From the NCBI GenBank assembly GCA_032718475.1, contig JAUCBJ010008394.1, forward strand, positions 101,786 to 165,785: 64,000 nucleotides of DNA, given 5' to 3'. The notes below the pieces were generated by a model, which was given only the letters and a program-made list of their open reading frames with translations, was not told the DNA's origin and did no database searches. This stretch comes from Nemertoderma westbladi. Taxonomy: Eukaryota; Animalia; Xenacoelomorpha. The translations under genes and the position numbers were made by a program. Below, piece by piece: positions 53,416 through 64,000 of this stretch (its first letter is position 1; every line of letters starts with the position of its first letter).

Positions 53416-53890
53416 AGGGGGAGTCTCAACCAACGCGGACGCGTCAAGTGGATGCATCAAGGGTCAAAAGCAATAAGTGAAAGCGGGATTTTTAAATATT
53501 AATTTTTAAACTATAATTCAAAATACTGATGATTAACTGCTGCTTTTGGAGTCATTAACAGAAGAAGGAACAGAAAATACCGTCGTTTCTGGGTACATCC
53601 ATTGTGGTCATACAGATCAGTAATATGGGAGACTACCACACAATAGTGCAGGAACTGAGAGTATACCCAGTAATATTAATTCAGCCTAGCAGTCCAGCAC
53701 ACACAGTCTAGGTGCAGCAACAAGACAGCAGACTCAACGAAATACTACAAGCCCGGGTTGGGGCACCCCTCAATGCTTTTTATAATTTTGACGCGTCCGC
53801 GAAATTGGGCTGAGACCTAAAATTATGTTGACGCGTCCGCGTAGCTTATTTTATAATCATGACGCGTCCGTGTTGATTGGGGCTCCCCCT
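53416..53890 (+). mobile_element. PIF/Harbinger deletion derivative
   Basis: TTA TSD (53413-53415 / 53891-53893); ~30-bp TIR agggggag..caa.caac.cggacgcgtca; internal RRRNRKYRRFWVHPLW..R / GDYHTIVQELR matching the Harbinger transposase N-terminus; repeated gacgcgtccg. Confidence 0.85.
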
Positions 53891-54216
53891 TTATGTAAGG
53901 CATAACCTAGCAGTTACGTAATATCATTGATTTATTAACTGATTGAGGCACTGGCGGTCTCAATGGATTGTTCCACGGTGCCTAAACCCCGCACTCCACC
54001 ACCCACAAACTATCTTACGGACCTCATATAAATAAATATATAAAAAGGAAAAAAAAGAAAAAGAAAAAATATATGTTTGAGAGAAAGTCAGAATTCTGCG
54101 TCTGCCCTCTCTACAAGCAACTTTTCTTGCGGCATGTTGTAAGAGCAAGTTTTGTTGATGAAAAACCCACATACATGAATATAAATTTGCTACTATGAAT
54201 TAATTGTATCGCTCAC

Positions 54217-54458
54217 CTTATGATGAAATAGTTTGTTATCGTTCTCAGCCGTTTGTCTATGGCGACCGCGATAAACACCATCAGGTTCCCAGCTATGGTA
54301 ACCAAGCAACATACCAGTGATCCAAGTATAAATATGTAGGATGTGACACCGAACTTTACATCTAACACATTGTTAGTACCGGAACTGGCGTTTAACAATG
54401 AAACTGATGAGTTTGCTGCTGATGTTAGCGGGGTTGAAGGGGTGGGTAAGGATGACAT
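54217..54458 (-). CDS. class A GPCR, aminergic/muscarinic-like, first coding exon (N-terminus, TM1, ICL1, start of TM2)
   Basis: NSS and NAS glycosylation sequons, LVTIAGNLMV (GN1.50), DKRLRTITNYFII; phase-2 donor AG|GTGAGC can complete the Ser of the expected NYFxxSLA. Confidence 0.9.
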
Positions 54459-55625
54459 GATTGGACTTCTGGATTTAAATCAAGCTTTGTAACTCAAAAG
54501 GATATGAACGATTATCAGCTTCGACCTTTGACCTTCGACCATATATATAATATTATAGATTATGAATCAACTATAATTATTTAACAACATCAAAAATTTA
54601 TATTAATTAATTAATCAAAATATTTCTTAAAAATAAACGAGCTAATATAGATGGTAGTCAGTTCGTCTGTCATTTGAGAATTTATATTTTTCAAGACTGG
54701 AATAATTGCCGGATGCAAGGCGGCTGGCAAACATAATCTGAGAAATATAACACGAGTGAGGCCTCCGTGCAGAAAATAAAAGTGCAAGCCATCTCTGCGA
54801 ACAATTATTATAATGATACTATGGTTAGTTATACATTCTGATATTTGATATTGGCTTCCGACACACACGTGATCACATTGTTAGACACAGAAACAGACTT
54901 TTGGAAAACGGCCATAGTATAATTATAACAGTTCACTGGTGGCTCGCAGTTCCGACTCGCCCCACATATAGTATCATCAAGGTTGTTTTAGGTTGAACTG
55001 ACTGATTTATAATGAGACTAGTTAGGAGTTATGGTATGTGATATGATTCATTATAGAGTATTTAATTGTCAGCATAGCCGTCTTATCAAGGCCGTCGTAA
55101 GTCATAAGGATTATAGATCTTATTACGATGGAATTACTGCTATTAGAAAATTTACAAAGTGATGCAGAAAGCAGTAAATAGATAAATTATGCTTCGGGAT
55201 TGGGTATGGGACAATCCAAGGAAGGAAGGGCATAAAATTGGAAACTCTTCGTTTTAGAGTCAGGTATTTCTACTTTCTTCTCCACTTTCTACGTATTTTA
55301 TTTATATCGTATTTTATTTATATCTAAACTTAGCTAAGTTTAGATTTAAATCTAAAAAAGTCATAGTAACTTCACCTATTTCTAAAGGATTTATATATCC
55401 AGCACTGGAGTAATAGAGATTCTAATTATTATTGTTAAAATGTATATTATTTACCGATCAGTCAATGGGCTAGCAGTAAAAAAGATTTGCATTATTTACC
55501 GAGGTAAATGGGGATTATTGCTCTTCAATCAGTCAACTTTACTGTAATAAAAACTATTCTGGAGAATAGCTACGACTACAAAATGACAATCAAGTAATTT
55601 ATTAATAATCTTCAAATAAATAATA

Positions 55626-56727
55626 TGCCCTGCCCTGCCCTGCCCTGCCCTGCCCTGCCCTGCCCTGCCCTGCCCTGCCCTGCCCTGCCCTGCCCTGCCC
55701 TGCCCTGCCCTGCCCTGCCCTGCCCTGCCCTGCCCTGCCCTGCCCTGCCCTGCCCTGCCCTGCCCTGCCCTGCCCTGCCCTGCCCTGCCCTGCCCTGCCC
55801 TGCCCTGCCCTGCCCTGCCCTGCCCTGCCCTGCCCTGCCCTGCCCTGCCCTGCCCTGCCCTGCCCTGCCCTGCCCTGCCCTGCCCTGCCCTGCCCTGCCC
55901 TGCCCTGCCCTGCCCTGCCCTGCCCTGCCCTGCCCTGCCCTGCCCTGCCCTGCCCTGCCCTGCCCTGCCCTGCCCTGCCCTGCCCTGCCCTGCCCTGCCC
56001 TGCCCTGCCCTGCCCTGCCCTGCCCTGCCCTGCCCTGCCCTGCCCTGCCCTGCCCTGCCCTGCCCTGCCCTGCCCTGCCCTGCCCTGCCCTGCCCTGCCC
56101 TGCCCTGCCCTGCCCTGCCCTGCCCTGCCCTGCCTGCCCTGCCCTGCCCTGCCCTGCCCTGCCCTGCCCTGCCCTGCCCTGCCCTGCCCTGCCCTGCCCT
56201 GCCCTGCCCTGCCCTGCCCTGCCCTGCCCTGCCCTGCCCTGCCCTGCCCTGCCCTGCCCTGCCCTGCCCTGCCCTGCCCTGCCCTGCCCTGCCCTGCCCT
56301 GCCCTGCCCTGCCCTGCCCTGCCCTGCCCTGCCCTGCCCTGCCCTGCCCTGCCCTGCCCTGCCCTGCCCTGCCCTGCCCTGCCCTGCCCTGCCCTGCCCT
56401 GCCCTGCCCTGCCCTGCCCTGCCCTGCCCTGCCCTGCCCTGCCCTGCCCTGCCCTGCCCTGCCCTGCCCTGCCCTGCCCTGCCCTGCCCTGCCCTGCCCT
56501 GCCCTGCCCTGCCCTGCCCTGCCCTGCCCTGCCCTGCCCTGCCCTGCCCTGCCCTGCCCTGCCCTGCCCTGCCCTGCCCTGCCCTGCCCTGCCCTGCCCT
56601 GCCCTGCCCTGCCCTGCCCTACCCTACCCTGCCCTGCCCTGCCCTGCCCTGCCCTGCCCTGCCCTGCCCTGCCCTTCCCTGCCCTGCCCTGCCCTGCCCT
56701 GCCCTGCCCTGCCCTGCCCTGCCCTGC
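55626..56727. repeat. (TGCCC)n / (GGGCA)n pentanucleotide array, ~220 copies
   Basis: Near-perfect; one 1-bp slip at ~56134 and few substitutions. Confidence 0.98.
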
Positions 56728-56865
56728 AGGCTGCAGGCTGTAACGGATGCAAATAAATACCTGCACTTTTTGAACGCCCATATTTCTCAACGACATTAAT
56801 AGTTATTTACAAATTTTGAATCCTTACAACGGCACCTTTCCATTTGTATCAACAAATCACAATAA

Positions 56866-59693
56866 GGGCGAAGAATAACTGCGTGCGACTGGCGCAACAA
56901 GGACTAAGAATAACTGCGAGCGACTGGTGCAATGAGGACGAATAATAACTGCGTGCGACTGGTGCAATGAGGACGAATAATAACTGCGTGCGACTGGTGC
57001 AATGAGGACGAAGAATAACTGCGTGCGACTGGTGTAATGAGGACGAATAATAACTGCGTGCGACTGGTGCAATGAGGACGAATAATAACTGCGTGCGACT
57101 GGTGCAATGAGGACGAAGAATAACTGCGTGCGACTGGTGCAATGAGGACGAAGAATAACTGCGTGCGACTGGCGCAACAAGGACGAAGAATAACTGCGAG
57201 CGACTGGTGCAATGAGGACGAAGAATAACTGCGTGCGACTGGTGCAATGAGGACGAAGAATAACTGCGTGCGACTGGTGCAATGAGGACGAAGAATAACT
57301 GCTTGCGACTGGTGCAATGAGGATGAAGAATAACTGCGTGCGACTGGTGCAATGAGGACGAATAATAACTGCGTGCGACTGGTGCAATGAGGACGAAGAA
57401 TAACTGCGTGCGACTGGTGTAATGAGGACGAATAATAACTGCGTGCGACTGGTGCAATGAGGACGAATAATAACTGCGTGTGACTGGTGCAATGAGGACG
57501 AAGAATAACTGCGTGCGACTGGCGCAACAAGGACGAAGAATAACTGCGAGCGACTGGTGCAATGAGGACGAAGAATAACTGCTTGCGACTGGTGCAATGA
57601 GGACGAATAATAACTGCGTGCGACTGGTGCAATGAGGACGAATAATAACTGCGTGCGACTGGTGCAATGAGGACGAATAATAACTGCGTGCGACTGGTGC
57701 AATGAGGACGAAGAATAACTGCTTGCGACTGGTGCAATGAGGACGAATAATAACTGCGTGCGACTGGTGCAATGAGGACGAATAATAACTGCGTGCGACT
57801 GGTGCAATGAGGACGAATAATAACTGCGTGCGACTGGTGCAATGAGGACGAATAATAACTGCGTGCGACTGGTGCAATGAGGACGAATAATAACTGCGTG
57901 CGACTGGTGCAATGAGGACGAATAATAACTGCGTGCGACTGGTGCAATGAGGACGAAGAATAACTGCGTGCGACTGGTGCAATGAGGACGAAGAATAACA
58001 GCGTGCGACTGGTGCAATAAGGACGAATAATAACTGCGTGCGACTGGCGCAACAAGGACGAAGAATAACTGCGAGCGACTGGTGCAATGAGGACGAAGAA
58101 TAACTGCGTGCGACTGGTGCAATGAGGACGAAGAATAACTGCGTGCGACTGGTGCAATGAGGACGAAGAATAACTGCGTGCGACTGGTGCAATGAGGACG
58201 AAGAATAACTGCGTGCGACTGGTGCAATGAGGACGAAGAATAACTGCTTGAGACTGGTGCAATGAGGATGAAGAATAACTGCGTGCGACTGGTGCAATGA
58301 GGACGATGAATAACTGCGTGCGACTGGTGCAATGAGGACGCATAATAACTGCGTGCGACTGGTGCAATGAGGACGCATAATAACTGCGTGCGACTGGTGC
58401 AATGAGGACGAATAATAACTGCGTGCGACTGGTGCAATGAGGACGCATAATAACTGCGTGCGACTGGTGCAATGAGGACGAAGAATAACTGCGTGCGACT
58501 GGTGCAATGAGGACGAAGAATAACTGCGTGCGACTGGTGCAATGAGGACGAATAATAACTGCGTGCGACTGGTGCAATGAGGACGAAGAATAACTGCGTG
58601 CGACTGGTGCAATGAGGACGAAGAATAACTGCGTGCGATTGGTGCAATGAGGACGAAGAATAACTGTGTGCGACTGGTGCAATGAGGACGAAGAATAACT
58701 GCGTGCGACTGGTGCAATGAGGACGATGAATAACTGCGTGCGACTGGTGCAATGAGGACGAAGAATAACTGCGTGCGACTGGTGCAATGAGGACGAAGAA
58801 TAACTGCGTGCGATTGGTGCAATGAGGACGAAGAATAACTGTGTGCGACTGGTGCAATGAGGACGAAGAATAACTGCGTGCGACTGGTGCAATGAGGACG
58901 ATGAATAACTGCGTGCGACTGGTGCAATGAGGACGAAGAATAACTGCGTGCGACTGGTGCAATGAGGATGAGGAATAACTGCGTGCAACTGGTGCAATGA
59001 GGACGAGGAATAACTGCGTGCAACTGGTGCAATGAGGATGAAGAATAACTGCGTGCGACTGGTGCAATGAGGACGAAGACTAACTGCATGCGACTGGTGC
59101 AATGAAGACGAATAATAACTGCGTGCGACTGGTGCAATGAGGACGAAGAATAACTGCGTGCGACTGGTGCAATGAGGACGAAGAATAATTGCGTGCGACT
59201 GGTGCAATGAGGACGAAGAATAACTGCGTGCGACTGGTGCAATGAGGACGAGGAATAACTGCGTGCAACTGGTGCAATCAGGACGAGGAATAACTGCATG
59301 CGACTGGTGCAATGAGGACGAAGAATAACTGCATGCGACTGGTGCAATGAGGACGAAGAATAATTGCATGCGACTGGTGCAATAAGGACGAAGAATAACT
59401 GCGTGCGACTGGTGCAATGAGGACGAAGAATAACTGCGTGCGACTGGTGCAATGAGGACGAATAATAACTGCGTGCGATTGGTGCAATAAGGACGAAGAA
59501 TAACTGCGTGCGACTGGTGCAATGAAGACGAATAATAACTGCGTGCGACTGGTGCAATGAGGACGAATAATAACTGCGTGCGACTGGTGCAATGAGGACG
59601 AAGAATAACTGCTTGCGACTGGTGCAATGGGGACGAATAATAACTGCGTGCGACTGGTGCAATGAGGACGAAGAATAACTGCGTGCGACTGGG
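56866..59693. repeat. 35-bp minisatellite (aatgaggacgaagaataactgcgtgcgactggtgc), ~80 copies
   Basis: Seen directly; constant period, no spacers. Confidence 0.98.
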
Positions 59694-59844
59694 GCAAGCC
59701 GGCGACCGGGACAATAATAATTGTAATAAATAGGAACATTTTAACAATAAAATTATTTATTGAACGATAAATAAAACACGTTATTTACCTTTCCGGCCCT
59801 CGACTTATAGACCAATATTAGCTGAAAGAGGCACAATATGTCCT

Positions 59845-61207
59845 GGTATAGTGTCAACTTACAAGTTTACACACCCACCAAGGTATAGTGTCAACTTACA
59901 AGTTTACACACCCACCAAGGTATAGTGTCAACTTACAAGTTTACACACCCACCAAGGTATAGTGTCAACTTACAAGTTTACACACCCATCAAGGTATAGT
60001 TTCAACTTACAAGTTTACACACCCATCAAGGTATGGTTTCAACTAACAAGTTTACACACCCATCAAGGTATAGTGTCAACTTACAAGTTTACACACCCAC
60101 CAAGGTATAGTTTCAACTTACAAGTTTACACACCCACCAAGGTATAGTTTCAACTTACAAGTTTACACACCCATCAAGGTATAGTTTCAACTTACAAGTT
60201 TACACACCCATCAAGGTATAGTTTCAACTTACAAGTTTACACACCCATCAAGGTATAGTTTCAACTTACAAGTTTACACACCCATCAAGGTATAGTGTCA
60301 ACTTACAAGTTTACACACCCATCAAGGTATAGTGTCAACTTACAAGTTTACACACCCATCAAGGTATAGTGTCAATTTACAAGTTTACACACCCATCAAG
60401 GTATAGTGTCAACTTACAAGTTTACACACCCATCAAGGTATAGTGTCAACTTACAAGTATACACACCCATCAAGGTATAGTTTCAACTAACAAGTTTACA
60501 CACTCATCAAGGTATAGTTTCAACTTACAAGTTTACACACCCATCAAGGTATAGTGTCAACTTACAAGTTTACACACCCATCAAGGTATAGTTTCAACTT
60601 GCAAGTTTACACACCCATCAAGGTATAGTGTCAACTTGCAAGTTTACACACCCATCAAGGTATAGTTTCAACTTACAAGTTTACACACCCATCAAGGTAT
60701 AGTGTCAACTAACAAGTTTACACACTCATCAAGGTATAGTGTCAACTTACAAGTTTACACACCCATCAAGGTATAGTTTCAACTTACAAGTTTACACACC
60801 CATCAAGGTATAGTTTCAACTTACAAGTTTACACACCCATCAAGGTATAGTTTCAACTTACAAGTTTACACACCCATCAAGGTATAGTTTCAACTTACAA
60901 GTTTACACACCCATCAAGGTATAGTTTCAACTTACAAGTTTACACACCCATCAAGGTATAGTGTCAACTAACAAGTTTACACACTCATCAAGGTATAGTG
61001 TCAACTTACAAGTTTACACACCCATCAAGGTATAGTTTCAACTTACAAGTTTACACACCCATCAAGGTATAGTTTCAACTTACAAGTTTACACACCCATC
61101 AAGGTATAGTTTCAACTTACAAGTTTACACACCCATCAAGGTATAGTTTCAACTTACAAGTTTACACACCCATCAAGGTATAGTTTCAACTTACAAGTTT
61201 ACACACC
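59845..61207. repeat. 37-bp minisatellite (ggtatagtktcaacttacaagtttacacacccaycaa), ~37 copies
   Basis: Seen directly. Confidence 0.98.
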
Positions 61208-63724
61208 TGTAAGAATCCCCCCCCCCCCCCCCCATCTAATTTGTCAATAAACCATGACGAGATTGCATGTAATTGAAAATATTCGTTACTCCCTACTTTC
61301 CGGTGATTGAGCCAGAATTTTACTTTAGCTCTCAAACTCTTGCAAACCAATATCGCATCAGTCAACATACAGTAATTATAATTGCAGTATTATTAAGTTC
61401 ACTTTCCTTGTGACTACGTACACAAAAACATAGCTAATAGATTCACGCACATACACGTATGTAGTACCCCAATTCTGCTTGTTTAAATTGTATATGCAGG
61501 GTTAGATCGGCTACCTACCTAATTGATGCAAATACTTTTTTTAACTGTTTGATATACATTATTCACAATAGCTTATACGCTCTTCTACTTCAAAATCACA
61601 TATAAATGACCAACACAGTCTTACACACACACCACAGATATGTATTTGATTTGATATAAAAAAATATTACAAACCTAAATTTATCTGTTTGATTTGTATA
61701 TAGGCTAATCTATATTGAATGTAAACTGCATAGTTATAGGTGTCAGATACAATTACAACTAAGTGGGACCTAAAACGACAATATTATTATACCCATCAAA
61801 CCAATGGATATGACATATGTAACTAATTTTGATAAGGCTTGGTTTCTGCAGACATTATTTCTATCAGGCTATAAGGAAACTCATTCGACCGAAGTGGAAT
61901 ACATCACTCAACACGAATGGACACGTATGAAATATGGTTCTATTCATCTTATCATCAGGAGTTTTATTTTAAACGCAGGCATGAATAAATAAATAGCCAA
62001 CAATATCCACATCCCAATCGCATCAATCCCAATCCAATTTTTTTCGAACAATCATACGTGAAATAGAGGATTTAAAAACCTAATTTTCAGCCTGCAATTT
62101 ACTTAACAGATTCCAGAATTGTGCTATCAGATAGAAGATTGAATTTACACATTATATACACGTTACGGGGGGCCGGGCTAGCCCGCGGGCCGGGCTTGGG
62201 CCGCATTCTAAATATCGGAAAGCCCGCTATTAATTGTGGGGCGAGCGACGAAAGTAAGCGAGCTTAGCACACAGGTACCACTAACTCAATCGGTGTGTCT
62301 GTTGCTCTGTTGTTCTGTTGATCTGTTGTTCTGTTGATCTGTTGTGTCCAATTTTAAACGTTAATAACTCAGCCAAATCTCGATAAAATATATACAAACT
62401 TGGTACATATGTAGTCTGGCAAAAGTTTAGAAATTTTCCAAGTTGAATTTGCGTTGGGTCTTCGTGCAACATCTGTGTAACTGTCTTGCAGTTATAATAA
62501 ATGTATCTATCCAAAAATTATTAGGCTTGGCATCAGCTGGTTGCTAGGAGACAGCAGGATATATCAGGTTGGTTTGAAATTCAACAATACCGGTACAATG
62601 CAGCAATAATGTGGCCTTGGGAAGTGTGGTAGGCCTATTTCCCATTCCAGTTCCATTCCATTCCAGCAATTCCAGATTGCAGAGTTCAGAGTACGACACC
62701 AGTACCATGAGATGAATGTACTCAGTACCGGTACTGCTCACTGCTGTTGCTGTATGTGGTAGGCCTAGCTTTCTAGTCTGGTTTTCAGTCTGTCAGTGTG
62801 GTACTGCTACTGCATTATCTGAGTATTGGTACGTGCGGTAGGGTAGGGAGTCCCTCAATCGCCTGAGTGATGTCTGAATTGCGATATCGCGATTATTCAG
62901 CCATATCATGTACCGGTACGGTACGGTACCTTAATCTTATTAAACACATGTTTTACAGTACAGTGCCGGTACTGTTACAGTGGTACAGTGTTACCGGTAC
63001 CATACCGTCTCCAGGTCGTTGGCGCCACCCACCAATCATGCTCGGCTACAGCAACCATGCAGCCATGGAAGTTTTGAAATTATGCTTACTTAAGTCAGAC
63101 TGACATATTGTCAGGTTGTACCAGCTGACCTTTATTCCATGTTCCGGTATCCACAACTTCACTAGGTACCCCAACAGCCCAATGCTGCAATATCCAGCAA
63201 CGTTTTGGAATTGTACCGGTACTCAAACAACTCGCCATCAAGGCCACCGTCTCTGTCTATCGCTGTGTCATTGGCGACCTCAACTTTTGGTATCGCTACT
63301 GCGCTAGTGCTACGGGCAAACTGGACTAACCGATAAGCGAGACCCGAGGACTGAAGAATGCATTGAACTTTTTGAGTAGTTTGACTGTGGACTTCTATGA
63401 CATCGATACCAAGCTGCCAATGCGAAAGTTTTTTTTTTAAGTAAAAGTTTGGTTAAATTTTCTTAACTATTTATTTAAATTTCTTAAGTACCGATTTTGG
63501 GGTCGAATTGCTCAATTTTAATCTGTATATAATAACTGCCCTCGTCCTGCGCGATGGCCTCACGAACGTGTTGAATAATTATATTATCCAGTTAACAAAA
63601 CACAAAAATATGAAAATTGTTGTTACACATTTTTTATCACAAAATTACGTATTTTTTTATCATGTATTATTTTATTATAACTCGGGTTGTTTTATCATTT
63701 ATTTTTGACTTTTTTAACATTGTT

Positions 63725-64000
63725 ACTACTACTACTAGGATCGGCATGCTGCATTGCAGCTGCATTATTAAGAATGCTGTGCCAGCTTGTCTACAAAATT
63801 GCTCCGCCACAACTCCCTATCACCCATGACATTTGCTAGATCATACGCATCTTCAAGGCCAGTGTCCTTTAAGATGCGTCCCAAGAAATTCATGGGCTGT
63901 CCACCATGCTTATGCACTCCATCAGGATGCCAAAGTACAAGATTATGCACTGGCTGGTCCTCACGGCGAAAGCAATGTCCTGCAAATCGGAGGCGATTTT
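63725..64000 (-). mobile_element. RTE-B 3' end (runs off the window)
   Basis: (CTA)n tail at ~63725-63737; HNLVLWHP..HGGQPM ORF. Confidence 0.9.

Noticed and set aside
55612-56796. (GQGRA)n and (PCPAL)n ORFs
   Set aside because: Artefact of the (TGCCC)n array.
56849-59747. 736-947 aa ORFs in all three minus frames
   Set aside because: Translation of a 35-bp repeat lacking stops on that strand; the same peptide appears in all frames.
56866-61207. 35/37-bp arrays as CRISPR
   Set aside because: Units are head-to-tail with no unique spacers, no cas genes, eukaryotic context.

Overview
AT-rich, repeat-dense eukaryotic DNA, most likely from an invertebrate animal. It is not prokaryotic: it has spliceosomal donors, LINEs/SINEs and a class A GPCR exon. 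Host genes are the first coding exon of an aminergic/muscarinic-type GPCR (54217-54458, minus strand) and a cluster of single-ORF MFS transporters resembling SLC18B1 (three intact plus-strand copies, one frameshifted minus-strand copy). The cluster sits in and beside a ~18 kb + ~14 kb tandem segmental duplication (19656-37599 / 37598-51664). The rest is nested mobile DNA: two RTE-clade LINE families with (TAG)n tails (one insertion has a 132-bp target-site duplication), a CR1-group LINE with PHD-APE-RT, an Academ-like DNA transposon, Harbinger-type and other MITEs, tRNA/CORE SINEs, a Penelope fragment, a HECT pseudogene and three adjacent tandem arrays (5, 35 and 37 bp units). The most novel-looking items are two small, apparently non-coding inserts with terminal direct repeats. 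One is an 839-bp insert with a hammerhead-ribozyme core and a 12-bp TSD, whose empty site survives in the paralogous duplicate. The other is a 312-bp-period element in which a tRNA-like cloverleaf caps a long stem. Both look like reverse-transcribed circular or multimeric structured RNAs. All family assignments are from motif recognition by eye; no searches or folding were run.
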